The position numbers and the translations under genes are program-made. The notes below the pieces were generated by a model that saw nothing but the letters and a program-made list of their open reading frames with translations, was not told where the DNA came from and did not search any database. From the NCBI RefSeq assembly GCF_004010195.1, contig NC_057755.1, positions 7,808,769 through 7,866,583 on the forward strand: a stretch of 57,815 nucleotides of DNA, read 5' to 3'. Shown one piece after another: positions 1-12,507 of the stretch; positions within the stretch are counted from its first letter, which is position 1, and each line of letters starts with the position of its first letter. Origin of the DNA: Chiloscyllium plagiosum. Lineage: Eukaryota.

Positions 1-259
1 CGCGAAAGGGGCGGGGGAGGGGGGGGGGGGGGGGGGGGGGGTCAGAGGGTCACCGCCCCCACCCTCACCCCACCAACCCTCACCCCTGACCCCCGGCTCC
101 TCACCGCCCCCACCCTCACCCCCCCAACCCGTTCAACACCACCTCCATCCACCCCAACCCCAGCCGCCCACGTGCGTCAACCCGTCTGCCCCCGTCTCAT
201 CTCCAGGGCAGCCCAACTGGACACCAACAAGACTACTGCTTCTGCTGTCCTTTCCGGTG

Positions 260-400
260 AGTCTCCAAATAGCGCGCGCACACACACAACGTTTTGCTGC
301 AACTTTTGACAGATTCCACCTTAGCTCTGTACAGGACAATGTTAAAAATATCTGGGGGTTTAGTGTACGCCTCTGTATAGAACTCCAGGGAAAGTGTGGG

Positions 401-442
<42 letters not shown>

Positions 443-664
443 GGTGACCAGTCATTTGGAGACAGTGCCTGGGCTCCCATCAGTCCAGGACTGTTCTTGG
501 CAGTGTTTCAGTAAGCCGAGTTCACCTTTAATCAGTGTAAACAAAAGATGTGATCAATGTTGGAATCATATCTTTGATGTAATGTTTCTATTGGGACCTC
601 GTGATCTCCTTTGGATAATCCGATATTTGGATAATTGATATTCGAATAATCGAGGTTCCTCTTT
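260..664. mobile_element. Probable non-autonomous Tigger/pogo-like DNA transposon end, containing a (GA)n tract at about 403-438
   Basis: Ends in repeated ggataat units and cgaataatcgaggttcctct, resembling Tigger-type terminal inverted repeats; the other end is not seen. Confidence 0.4.
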
Positions 665-669
665 ACATC

Positions 670-1765
670 CAAATTTGCTGTTAACACAAAATTGAGCGGC
701 AGATGACAACATAAAATTACGATGTTTTAGCATCTCAGATTAGGTGAATGGGCAAAACTGTGGTCGATGGACTTCAAAGTAAGCAAGTGTGAGATTATCC
801 ATTTGGATGGAAAAAGCATAGATCAGGGCATTGTCTAAATGGCATGAACACAGTAGGAAGATGCAGAAAATAATCAAGAAAGCTAATGGAATCTGGCCTT
901 GACATCAAGAGGACTAGAGTATAAGGATGCAGAAGTTATGCTGCAGCTATACAAAATCCAGGTGAGATGCTACTTGGAGTACTGAGTACAAAAACACACC
1001 TTAGGAAGGTGATATTAATCTTGGAGGGAGTACAACACAGATTCACATAAACTTCAGTGTTTAATTTATGTGGAGAGATTATACAAAAAAGGCCTGTTTA
1101 CTCTAGAATTTAAAAAGTTAAGATGCAAGTTAAGATATTGACAGGAAAAGGAAGAGTTGATTAAAATAAGCCATTTCCACTGGCTGGGGATTCTACCACA
1201 AGGGGGTAGAGGCTAAGATGAGATGTCCAGAAGAGATGTTAGAGCCATAAGAGTCACACAGCATGGAAACAGACCCTTCGGTCCAACTCGTCCATAGCGA
1301 CCATGTTTCCTAAACTAAACTGGTCCGATTTGCCAGCAATTGGCCTACCTTCCTCTAAACCTTACCTGTTCATGTACCTGTGAAAATGTCTTTTAAATGT
1401 TGTAACAGTACCTGCAAAACTATTTTTTAAATGTTGTAACTGCACCCGCATCTACCACTTCCTCTGGCAATTCATTCCAAGTACATACCATTCTCTCTAT
1501 GAAAATGTTTTCCCTCAGGTCCCCTTTTACATCTTTCCCCTCTCAACTGGAGGCACAGGGTGGTCGAGGTTTGGAACTCTTTTCCACAAATGGCAGTTGA
1601 TGTCAGATCAGTTCTTAGTTTTAAATCTGAGACAGATGAACTTTTGATGAGTGAAGGTATAAAGGATTATGGGCCTAAGGGGGTTAGGCCACACAACTGC
1701 CACGATCTCACTGAATGCTGGAGCAGGCTCAAAGGGCTGAATGGCCTCCTCCTGTTCCTTTGTCC
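670..1765 (+). mobile_element. Old CR1-type LINE 3' fragment with a nested minus-strand CR1/HER1 3' end (about 1250-1545)
   Basis: Decayed ADD, WAKLW, KCEIIHF, LQLYK and ERL motifs; tail gggctgaatggcctcctcctgttcct. Confidence 0.75.
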
Positions 1766-1894
1766 TGAGTGCACTGTGAACCATTCTGTTTTGGTTTCAA
1801 CATTTATTGGACGCGAGATTGCTTTATTTTAGTGTACCTTTTGTTCGAAATTATATGTATAATTGGAAGGTGGGAGGGGGATCATGATGATGCT

Positions 1895-2470
1895 GTACCT
1901 TTAAGATGTTATTTTGCCCTGCTTTGTTTTAGGAGGGAGATTGAACAAAAGGGTTCAAGTTGGCACAAGCGCAAACGTGCTTAGAATTGGGAATTTCAAG
2001 AAGTAATAGCTTTGGAGGCCTTGGAATCTTTTACAAATGTATCCTGAATGGATGTGGCCAACTCCCACAGATCCGGATTTCTGAGTAGCATCAGAAGCTT
2101 GGAAGCTTCAGTGAATGTTTCCTGGCTGCTACTCTCCCTGAATTTTCTTGATTTGCTTTTTTTATTTCTGGATGGGAAAACTGCATGCGAGAATCTGTGT
2201 CTGAATTGTCCTTTATGCCAAGGTGTGTGTTTATGGAATGTTACCATGTTGGAATACTTAATTAGTAACAGTTACTGTATTATTCTGTTAAGTTTTCCAA
2301 TAGAGTAATGTTATTCTAAATTCCTCTTTCTTTGGTTGTATTTGAACAATTCTTTGTTTTGTTTAACTTTGAATAGTCTGACCAGTTGCATTTCATCTGG
2401 AATAGACACTACATTTGGTATTACAATAAGAAGCTAGGGAGTCCAGTACCTTCTTAAAACATTTTGAAGT
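1895..2470 (+). mobile_element. Probable decayed LTR-like repeat
   Basis: T-rich LTR-like composition; termini and TSD not resolved. Confidence 0.3.
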
Positions 2471-3249
2471 CATGTGTGCTGGGAGGGGGGCATGAGGGGC
2501 CAACAAAGAGGAGGGGTGTAAGAGAGGGGAGGGTGAGCGAGAGAGGGCAAGTGAAAGAGAGATGGTGAGAGAAAGAGAGAGGCAAAGGACAAGAGGGAAT
2601 TTGAGAGAAAGGAAGGAGGCGAACTGAGTATGTGCGAGTGCAAATCGATCTGAGATGCAGGTCAGGGATGCTTTTCAGGACAGATTGTATTTTACAGCAA
2701 CTTCTCAACTGACCTCCATCCAATCTCCCACCTTGTGACATATTGGATCTACTTCCCTGTTCAATCGGTCAGCAATGCTGTTGATAGGTGTTTCCAGATT
2801 CTGATGTTCTGTAAGAGGTATAAGATCAATAGGAGGGGTAGACAGAAATACTACAGTGATGAAAACATTGCTTTGTTAAACGTAATAGCATTCCTTCCTT
2901 TCCCATATCAATATCTTATTATAAGATATGATGAACTGTCCCAATGACGTGTGTGACACAGACAGTTACCAAGTGAAATCCTGTCAGTCCCACTGACTTA
3001 AATGCTCCCATCAGCCCAGACTCAATGCTTCATTGTCAAATTCCTGATTGAGAATATTCCAGGGGAAATTCCAGCAACCATGTGGGGGATTATTAAGTGA
3101 CGCTACACTGTATGAACCAACGATGATAAAGGATCCAAAAATAAGAATTGGATGGTACTGGAAATGTGAATGGTATAGGCTGTCCAATTAAATCTGCCAA
3201 ATTGACTTGTTTAAAATTTGGGAACTGGCAACATGAAGAGCAATATGCC

Positions 3250-3890
3250 AAAGATGAATCAAGGAACGGTGTGACAGTCATTCTTACTGCGAATACTGCA
3301 TTAGAACTAATTTCACAGACATAACCATCACCATCATTCCCGATGTCCTGTCCCACCAGAAGGAGGGACCGACTGAAGGGGCAACACAACGCTGGGTGGG
3401 TGTAGCACTGGGAGTGTTCAAAGTCCATGACATCAGAATAAGGAAAGCTTCCTCAGCTGATGAATCAGTACCCCTCGACATTGGGCACCACTTGGAAGAA
3501 ACACTGAGGTTAGCACAAGCGCAAATGTGCTTAGAATTGGGAATTTCAATGTGTCCCACCAAAAGTGGCTCAGTAGCACTAAGCTAGCCAAATCATGAAG
3601 GGCATATCTGCCAGACTGTGTGGAAATAGGTGGCAAGGGAGCCAACAAAACATACTGACTTTATCCTCACCTGTCGTAGATGCGTGTGTCCTTGACAATA
3701 TTGATAGAAATGACTATCACCTAGTCTTGTGGAGACAAAGTCTTTTTGTCACTTTGGAGACACCCTCATTGTGTTGTGTGGCTCTACCATTGTGCTAAGT
3801 ATGTTAGACTCAGAACAGATCCAACAATTCAAATCTGGACAATCGAGATGACCTGTGGGCCACTGGCAGAAGAACTGGCACTCAACTGAA
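3250..3890 (+). mobile_element. Old LINE APE-endonuclease fragment
   Basis: Decayed DITITIIPDVLSHQ, GVALGV, SADESV..HHLEETLRLAQAQ/NVL.IGNFNV, NIL...DACVLDNIDRNDYHLVL and VVWLYHCAK motifs. Confidence 0.7.
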
Positions 3891-3896
3891 TCTAGG

Positions 3897-4240
3897 CAAG
3901 AGTGAGAACTGTAGATGCTGGAGATTAGAGTCGAGAGTGTGGTGCTGGAAAAAGCACAGCAGGTCAGGCAGCATCCCAGGAGCAGGAAAATCCCTTCATC
4001 AGGAATGAGGCTGGGAGGCTCAGAGGTGGGGCTGGGGGACAAGATAGCTGAGAGTGCAAAAGGTGGATGGAAATAGGGGTAATGGTGATAGGTCGGAGGG
4101 AGGGTGGAGGTTTCCTCATTTCCCCCCCCCCCCCACCTTATTCCACTTGCAACTTTCCAGCTCAGCACCACGCTTATGACCTGTCTTAGCTGTCCATCAT
4201 CCTTCCCACCTGTCCACTCCACCCTCCCCTCTGACCTGAG
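3897..4240. mobile_element. Short Penelope-derived repeat
   Basis: gtgagaactgtagatgctggag...gcacagcaggtcaggcagcatcc...cccttcatcaggaatg terminal module seen many times in this window. Confidence 0.7.
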
Positions 4241-4244
4241 TGGG

Positions 4245-5147
4245 GAGAGGGGTGTCACACNNNNNNNNNNNNNNNNNNNNNNNNNNNNNNNNNNNNNNNN
4301 NNNNNNNNNNNNNNNNNNNNNNNNNNNNNNNNNNNNNNNNNNNNNNNNNNNNNNNNNNNNNNNNNNNNNNNNNNNNNNNNNNNNNNNNNNNNNNNNNNNN
4401 NNNNNNNNNNNNNNNNNNNNNNNNNNNNNNNNNNNNNNNNNNNNNNNNNNNNNNNNNNNNNNNNNNNNNNNNNNNNNNNNNNNNNNNNNNNNNNNNNNNN
4501 NNNNNNNNNNNNNNNNNNNNNNNNNNNNNNNNNNNNNNNNNNNNNNNNNNNNNNNNNNNNNNNNNNNNNNNNNNNNNNNNNNNNNNNNNNNNNNNNNNNN
4601 NNNNNNNNNNNNNNNNNNNNNNNNNNNNNNNNNNNNNNNNNNNNNNNNNNNNNNNNNNNNNNNNNNNNNNNNNNNNNNNNNNNNNNNNNNNNNNNNNNNN
4701 NNNNNNNNNNNNNNNNNNNNNNNNNNNNNNNNNNNNNNNNNNNNNNNNNNNNNNNNNNNNNNNNNNNNNNNNNNNNNNNNNNNNNNNNNNNNNNNNNNNN
4801 NNNNNNNNNNNNNNNNNNNNNNNNNNNNNNNNNNNNNNNNNNNNNNNNNNNNNNNNNNNNNNNNNNNNNNNNNNNNNNNNNNNNNNNNNNNNNNNNNNNN
4901 NNNNNNNNNNNNNNNNNNNNNNNNNNNNNNNNNNNNNNNNNNNNNNNNNNNNNNNNNNNNNNNNNNNNNNNGGCCCGTGCGCACACACAGATCCCACTGA
5001 GGAGGGTCACAAACAGATCTCACTGAGGGGGTCACACACTGATCTCACTGGGCGGTCACACACTGATCCTACTGAGGGAGGTCACACACTGAGGGGGGGT
5101 CACACACTGATCACACTGAGAGGGGGGTCACACACTGTCTGATCTCG
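4245..5147 (+). repeat. Degenerate minisatellite (gtcacacactgatc core) spanning a gap
   Basis: Repeated gtcacacactgatc(t/c)cactgagggg units on both sides of the N run. Confidence 0.75.
4261..4971. other. Assembly gap (others at 19773-20272 and 51047-51322)
   Basis: Runs of N. Confidence 1.
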
Positions 5148-5299
5148 GGGGGAGGGCGGTATAAACTGTCGGATGTTTATAATTTGGCTCCAAAGCCGCA
5201 CCCGGACCTCCTTTAGCAGTTCATGCGTTAAGTATAGAACATTAATACGATATATCACCACAGTGTTAATCCAATAAACCATTCACACTGACGCTCTAA

Positions 5300-5560
5300 C
5301 TGTGAAGATTAAATACATTTCTCACCGTCACCAACAAACAAAACAGTTCCACCGTGAACACGGAACTACTCCTCGTTTGGCAACCGCGCATGCTCGGTCC
5401 ACGGTGCCGCGCACGCGCACTCGCTCCGGTGCCGGCTGGTGCCCGTCACCCGCGCGCACAGGAGACCGTTGGCGGACATGCGCAGTTTACACATGCCGGT
5501 CAGCAGCTGCAATTCCTCCCTTCGCCACCCCCACGGTGGGGCGCTGCATATAGGTGGAGT
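5300..5560. promoter_or_regulatory. Small CpG-rich promoter-like island
   Basis: Dense CpG in an otherwise CpG-poor window; NRF1-like GCGCATGC and CATGCGCA, RFX-like GTTGCCAAAC (minus), minus-strand donor G|GTGAGA at 5326/5325. Confidence 0.5.
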
Positions 5561-5950
5561 GAATGGACACTGAGCAACAATCACCCAGACAGGGGTGATT
5601 CCACCCCCCCCCCCAACACCCCCCACACCCAAGTCAGGGAGTACTACAGCTGGCAGGGACATTGAGCCTCGCATCTTCGGGTGACCATCCTCCAGGGCAG
5701 TCTTCGGGAGATGCCACAATGCTGGAGTGGCCGAGCAGAGGCTGATAGAAAAGCGCAGCAGGTCAGGCAGCATCCAAGGAACAGGAGAATCGACGTTTCG
5801 GGCATAAGCCCTTCTTCGATTCTCCTGTTCCTTGGACGCTGCCTGACCTGCTGCACTTTTCCAGCAACACATTTTCAGCTCTGATCTCCAGGCATCTGCA
5901 GTCCTCACTTTCTCCTAGCAGAGGCTGATAGCCAAGTTCAGTACCCAACC
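5560..5950 (+). mobile_element. Penelope GIY-YIG 3' fragment with a nested palindromic short element (5749-5916)
   Basis: VTILQG..., AEQRLIAKFST motifs; 15-bp TSD agcagaggctgatag at 5734-5748 and 5917-5931. Confidence 0.8.
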
Positions 5951-6030
5951 GGGAGCTCTGGTTAATGTCGCGCTACCGGTTTACAGGGCAGTGTGATGCC
6001 AACAGTGTGGGTTCAATTCCCATCACCGGC

Positions 6031-6658
6031 TGTAAGAAATGGGGAAGTGTGTTGTTTTCGCAAAAAGGTAGTGATAATAAGCTTTAGTATAGTGCTGATA
6101 AATCGAGCTGCAGACAATGATTAAATCAGCAAGCACTAGGAAAATGTATAATTGGGTACTAACTTCAGTGCATAATTATTCTAGTAAATAATTTCTTTCA
6201 TCATGATAGTTTAAATAATTTAGTCTCAGCAAAATAGCTGAGATAGCTGAAACACATAAACTAGGCAAGAAAAGACACATTGTTCAAATGTATATTCAGG
6301 AATGGAATGTACCTATGAACAATGGAAGATGTTACAAGCAAACAGATAAAGTGAAAGGAACATCAAGATCCAAGTTTAGCAAAATCTCCCTTATGTCAGC
6401 ACTTACAGAGGGAAGGGTCACCAACTTGGAGAAGCGGGGGAAATAATAAGAGCGGATCGTAAGTTAGTCAGAGAATAAAATTGATTGGGTAATGTAGGAG
6501 TCAGAAGAGGTGACCTCACGCAGCTCAAAAGTATAACTGTGTACCAGTTTGAATGTTCATTGCTCATTTGATGCCCTTTCTTGCAAGATCATAGAATAAA
6601 TTGTCTTGTTTCCAGTTTTGGTGGTCTCGTCTAAATTTTATTAAATTTGTTTCTAACA
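6031..6658 (+). mobile_element. Solo LTR inserted in a tRNA-derived SINE (about 5955-6030 + 6659-6910)
   Basis: TGTAAGAAA...TTTCTAACA termini (imperfect 9-bp inverted repeat), AATAAA at 6595-6600, 4-bp TSD cggc/cagc; the host SINE resumes after it. Confidence 0.8.
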
Positions 6659-7067
6659 CAGCTTGACCTTACCATGAAGGACTCTCCTTCTCAGCCTCTT
6701 CCCTCGCCTGAGGTCTGGTGGCCCTCAGGTTAAATCACCAACAGTGTTGAGTGTGTTGCTGGAAAAGCACAGCAGGTCAGGCAGCATCCGAGGAGCAGGA
6801 AAATCGATGTTTCGGGCCGGAGCCCTTCATCAGGGAAAATCACCACCAGCCACTTCCCTCTAATAAGAGAGCTGCCCCTATGGTCTGGCAAGACTTTGGT
6901 GACGGTAGTAGACTCTTCAGCTTTAAAGGCATTTAAATGATCATTGGATATTCATATGGATAAAAATGGAATTGTGTGGGTTAGATAGGCTTCAGATTGG
7001 TTTCGCAGATCAGCGCAACATCGAGGGCGAAAGGGCTGTAATGTTCTATGACACAATAGAACATTGG

Positions 7068-7385
7068 GGTAGCACGGTGGCTCAGTGGTTAGCGCTGCTG
7101 CCTCACAATGCCAGGGTCCCAGGTTTGATTCCAGCCTAGGACAACTGTCTGTGTGGAGTTTGCACATTCTCCAGTGTCTGCGTGGCTTTCCTCCGGGTGC
7201 TCCGGTTTCCTCCTCCCACAGTCACAAAGATGTGCAGGTCAGGTGAATTGGCCATGCAAAATTGCCCATAGTGTTAGGTGCATTAGTCAGAGGGAAATGG
7301 GTCTGGGTGGTTTGCTCTTCAGAGAGTCGGTGTGGACTGGTTGGGCTGAAGGGCCTGTTTCCACACTGTTGGGAATCTAACCTAA
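7068..7385 (+). mobile_element. HE1-type V-SINE
   Basis: A box tggctcagtgg, B box ggtttgattcc, V-domain tggagtttgcacattctcc...ccggtttcctc, aatct tail. Confidence 0.9.
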
Positions 7386-7399
7386 TACAACAGATGACT

Positions 7400-9395
7400 C
7401 CCCCACTGCACGACACACACATACACATACACACACACTACAACATTCTCACACAATTATGCAGATCCTCTCTCATACATACACACACTCTGCACTCAGA
7501 CCCATGCACACACCTTCTCACAGGCTTATATTCCGTCACAGTCACGCACACACTCTCTCTCTCGCTCTCTCCCTCTCTTAAGCGCACACATAGAACATTA
7601 CAGTGCAGTAAAGTCCTTAGGCCCTCGATATTGTGCCGACCTGTGGAACAATACTGAATCATTTGTATGCTACACTATTCCATTTCATCCATATGCTTAT
7701 CCAATGACCAATTAAATGCCCTTAAATTTGGCGAGTCTACTGCTGTTGCAGGCAGTGCATTCCATGGTCTTACTACTCTCTGAATAAAGAACCTACCTCT
7801 GACATCTGTCCTATATCTATCAACCCTCAATTTAAAGCTATATCCCCTTGTGCTAGCCATCACCATTTGAGGGAAAAGGCTCTCACTGTCTACCCTACCT
7901 AACACTCTGATTATCTTATATGTCTGAATTAAGGCCACTGTTGGAATATTGTGTGCAATTCTGCACTCCTTCCTATTGGAAATATGTTGAGAAACCTGAA
8001 AGGGTTCAGAAAAGATTTACAAGGATGTTGCCAGGGTTGGAGGATTTGAGCTACAGGGAGAGGTTGAATAGGCTAGGGCTGTTTTCCCTATAGCGTTGGA
8101 GGCTGAGGGGTGACCCTATAGAGGTTTATAAAATCATGAGGGGCATGAATAGAATAAATAGACAAAGTCTTTTCCCTGGGGTGGGGGAGTCCAGAACTAG
8201 AGGACATAGGTTAGGGTGAGAGGGTAAAAATATAAAAGAACCTACGGGGCAACATTTTCAGGCAGAGGGTGATACGAGTATGGAATGAGCTGCCAGAGGA
8301 TGTGGTGGAGGCTGGTACAATTGCAACATTTAAAAGGCATCTGGATGGGTATATGAAAAGGAAGGGTTTGGAGGGATATGGGCCAGGTGCTGGCAGGTGG
8401 GACTAGATTGGGTTGGGATACCTGGTTGGCATGGACAAGTTGGACCGAAGGGTCTGTTTCCATGCTGTACATTTCTATGACTGTAAGTCAGCTCTCAACC
8501 TTCTCTCTAACAAAAACAGCTTCAAGTCCCCCAGCCTTTCCTCATAAAATCTTCCCTCCATACTAGGCAATATCCTAGCAAATCTCCTCTGAACCCTTTC
8601 CAAAACTTCCACATCTTTCCTATAATGCCATGACCAGAACTGTATGCAATACTCCAAGTGCAGCCACACCAGAGTTTTGTACAGCTGCCGCAAAACCTCG
8701 TGACTCTGAAACTCGATTCCTCTACAAATAAATGGTAACACTGAATGACTTCTTAATAATCCCATGAACTTGGATGGTAACTTTCAGGGATCTATGTACA
8801 TGGACAGCGAGATATCTCTGCTCATCTACACTACTAAGAGTCTTACCATTAGCTGAGTACTGTTTATTCCTGTTGCTCTTTCCACACATACAAAAAGGTG
8901 TATGGGGTGAATATGGGATTTGCAGAATTGTATTTGCAGATATATTCTATTTGCTCAAAAAGCACACAATCTGCAGGCAGTCAATACAGGCAATCAATCC
9001 GTTTAACATTTTATAAATTCCTACTTTGGAAGTGGAACCAGTCTGACTCAAGACAGACTCTAACCTCACACCTTCAGTACATTGTCTGAGCTGAGATGTC
9101 ACCTTTTCTTTTATAAAACCATGTAACCTTGAGAATGTGACTGAAGAGAAGTTCTGGGTTTTACATATTAATGAACCAAAACCTGCAACCCATTTTAAAA
9201 GATGAACGACTTAGCACCAAACTTGGTTTGCTCAATGTCTTCTTTCAGCTGCATGACATTGTAATCTTTTGCTGTAAATTCAATGCCTTATGATCTTGCT
9301 TCACAGGATGAAGGAGTAGTACGCTGAAAGCTAGTACTTCTAAAAGAAACCTGTTGGATTATAACCTGGTGTTGTCTGATTTTTAACTTTGTCCA
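7400..9395 (+). mobile_element. Penelope 3' region interrupted by a minus-strand CR1 (about 7590-8883), itself interrupted by a plus-strand CR1 (about 7935-8482)
   Basis: 8890-9395 aligns with 23030-23530; CR1 ORF2 C-terminal motifs LEYCIQFW, ERVQRRF, GRFFIQRVV. Confidence 0.85.
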
Positions 9396-9818
9396 GTGAG
9401 ATCAAACAGTGTGTGAACCCCCCCACCCCCGGTGAGGTCAGAAAATGTGTGACCATCCCAGTGAGATCAGACAATGCGTGACTCCATAGTGTGATCAGAC
9501 AGTTTGTGACGTGTGTGACCGTCCCATCCCTCTGGGATCAGACAGTGTGTGACTGCCCATCCATGTGCGATCAGATAGTGTGTGACACCCCAACCCTGTG
9601 CAATTAGCAGTGTGTGACTGCCCCATCCCTCTGGGATCAGACAGTGTGTGACTGCCCATCCATGTGCGATCAGATAGTGTGTGACACCCCAACCCTGTGC
9701 AATTAGCAGTGTGTGACTGCCCTACCCCTCTGGGATCAGACAGTGTGTGACTGCCCATCCATGTGCGATCAGACTGTGTGTGCCACCCCACCCCTGTGCA
9801 ATCAGACAGTGTGTGACC
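9396..9818 (+). repeat. Minisatellite (gatcagacagtgtgtgac core) with a 99-bp higher-order unit x3
   Basis: ctgggatcagacag recurs with ggg at 9534, 9633 and 9732; each unit has three subunits of about 33 bp. Confidence 0.9.
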
Positions 9819-9821
9819 TGA

Positions 9822-10400
9822 GACAGTAAGGACTGCAGATGCTGGAAGCCAGAGTCAATAGATGCAAAGCTGGAAAAGCAGAGCAGATCAGACAGCATTT
9901 ATGGAGCAGGAAAGTCAATGATTTGGACCAAAACCCTTTGTCAGATCTGGGAGGGGGAGGGAATCTCAAGGTTAATAGAGGAAGCGGTTGGGTGTACCGG
10001 AAATGTAGATGGGATGGAGATAGGTGGACGCTGGTGTGGGATTACTGTGATTGGTCAGTGGGAATGGTGGAGCGGATAGGGGAGTAGGAAGGCTAGATCA
10101 GGTCAGGGAGATGAGGAGGAGGGTGGGGCTAGACGTGAGTTATGGCTTGGAGAAGAGGCATTTTGAAGCTGGTGAAGTCAGCGTTAAGGCCACTGGGCTG
10201 GAATCTTCCCAGCTAAAATCTTAGGTGTTCCTTCTCCAGTTTACATTTGGACTCCCTCTGACAGTGGAGGAGGCCAAGGATGGACATGTCACTGGGGGAG
10301 TGGGAGTAGGACGAGGAAAAAAATTGGATGGAAACTGGAAGGCCAAGTTGGTTGATACTTTGCAGAACTGATCCCCAATCTGTGTTTGGTCTCCCCGATT
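9822..10400 (-). mobile_element. Penelope-like 3' fragment (GIY-YIG end)
   Basis: DMSILGLLHCQ..KLEKEHLRF on the minus strand plus the terminal module. Confidence 0.75.
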
Positions 10401-11277
10401 TGTACATCTCTGTCAGCTCCCCCTCAGCTTCTCTGCTCTAAGGAAGACAATCCCAGCCCATCTCGTCTCACTTCACAGGTGAAACTCTCCAGCCCTGGTC
10501 AATCTATCCTGTAATCCTTCCTTATGAACATTTTTTTTTAAAGATGGCGGCATTGGCAGGTTAGGCAGTGATGCGTCCTGAGCCCATTCACATCCAATCA
10601 CCAAGCCAATTGCATCCTTTTTTTCTTTTCTCTTCTTGTCTTCATCTTTCTGTTCTTTTTGGTGGTGATGGTGGAGGAAGATGGCATCTGTGGTGGTGGC
10701 ATTATGGGCCTAGTACGGGAATCCTGGCGACGGCAGCGAGTAGGCCAAGGTATGCAAACCAATTCTTTTGACTGATTGCATTGAATTGATGTTAATGAGA
10801 CAGTGGAGTGGAGATATCAAGCCAGGAAGATTGCAGCATTCATTGTCAATTTGAATGAAGCCAGACAGATATGCAAGCCATTCACCTTGATAGACGATCG
10901 AATGTGTTGCTTTTGAGACACTGCCACAAGGTTTCAGGTACAAGAATAAATTTGAGTTTCAGTAGAACTGTTGTTGAGATGGCTAGGCTTGTAGGATTGG
11001 CTCTGTTAAGAAGGGCTAAGTAAAATATCCAAGACTGTCTGAGGTAACACCATTCCTGAGATGGAAATTCAATTTAAACTATATTGTGGGCGGCACGGTG
11101 GTACAGTGGTTAGCACTGCTGCCTCGCAGCGTCAGAGATTTAAACTATACTAATTACATTGTTACGTCAAACTACTGCTAAGCCAGTGTATTCAGAAACC
11201 ACCCAGAAACTCGCTAAAATAGGCCACTCAAATCAGAGGAATCCCATACACACTCCAGAGAACATTTGGACCAAGAA

Positions 11278-12507
11278 TGCAGGATGCAGAGCTGGGCTGA
11301 GAAATGGCAGATGGTGTTCAACCTGGATAAATGCGAAGTGATGCATTTTGGAAGGTCGAACTCAAATGCTTAATATAGGATTAAAGACAGAGTGGAGGAA
11401 CAGAGGGACCTGGGTATCCAAGCACATAGATCCCTCAAAGTTGCCACCAAGTGAATAGGATTGTTAAGAAAGATCTATCCCCTTCATCCCCTGCTCCATC
11501 CACCCATTATATTCTGTGCTATCTTCCCCCACCTGCCTCTCTGACTTTCCCCCAGCATCCTACCCACCCCCCCACCCCATTTATCTCTCCACCCTGGAGG
11601 CTCTCTGCCTCCATTCCTGATGAAGGGCTTTTGTCCGAAATGTTGATATTCCTGCACCTCGCATGCTGGCTGAACTACTGTGCTTTTCCAGCATCACTCG
11701 AATCTAAACCCTGGTATCCAGCAAGTGCAGTCCTCACTTTTGCCTTGTTAAGAAAGCATGTGGTGGATAGACTTTAAGAGCTGTGAGGTTTTGCTACGGC
11801 TCTAGAAGTCCCTGGTGAGACCACACTTGGCACGGTGGCACAGTGGTTAGCACTGCTGCCTCGCAGCGCCAGAGACCCGGGTTCAATTCGTGTTTTGGCT
11901 TTCATTAACAGTGGGATAGACTTTAAGAGCTGTGAGGTTTTGCTACGGCTCTAGAAGTCCCTGGTGAGACCACACTTGGAATATTCTGTCCAGTTTTGGT
12001 CATCCTACTATAGGAAAGATACAGAGGCTTTGGAGAGGGTGCAAAGAAAGTTTACCAGGATGCTGCCTAGACTGGAGGGCTTGCCTTATGAAGAAAGTTG
12101 AATAAGCTCAGAGACTTTTCTCTCTGGAGAGAAGGAGGAAGACAGGAGACCTGATTTAGGTATACAAGATAACGAGAGGAATAGATAGAGTCAATAGCCA
12201 GAGACTTTTCCCCAGGTCTGGATTGACTGGTCATAGTTTTAAGATATTCGGAGAAAATGTAGATGAGATATCAGAGGTAGGTTCTTTACGCAGAGAGTTG
12301 TGAATGCATGGAATGCATTGCCAGTGGTGGTGGTGGAAGCAAAGTTATTAGGGACATTTAAGCGACTGCTGGACATGTGCATGGAGAGCAGTGAGTTGAG
12401 GGGTGCGTAGGTTAAGTTATTATATTTTACATTAGGATTAAACCTCGGCATAACATTGTGGGCCAAAGGGCCTGTTCTGTGCTGTACTTTTCTATGTTCT
12501 ATGTTCT
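11278..12507 (+). mobile_element. 5'-truncated CR1/HER1 LINE with a nested Penelope-derived insert (11473-11744)
   Basis: MQSWAEKWQ..., (tatgttc)n tail; insert flanked by 12-bp TSD ttgttaagaaag (11461-11472 and 11745-11756). Confidence 0.85.

Noticed and set aside
1..260. G-run/C-rich start with donor-like ccg|gtgagt at 257 as a first exon
   Set aside because: Low complexity and contiguous with a probable DNA-transposon repeat; no downstream exon found.
3749..5142. Long ORFs spanning N runs (also 19738-20435 and 50998-51478)
   Set aside because: Artefacts of assembly gaps.
7068..7140. tRNA genes at A-box/B-box motifs
   Set aside because: They are SINE heads followed by the V-domain, not stand-alone cloverleafs.
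9495..9791. ORFs with periodic peptides (33-aa here; 11-aa at 36628-36939 and 38663-38998)
   Set aside because: Translations of minisatellites whose unit is a multiple of 3; no splice or homology support. Units are contiguous with no unique spacers, so not CRISPR-like.
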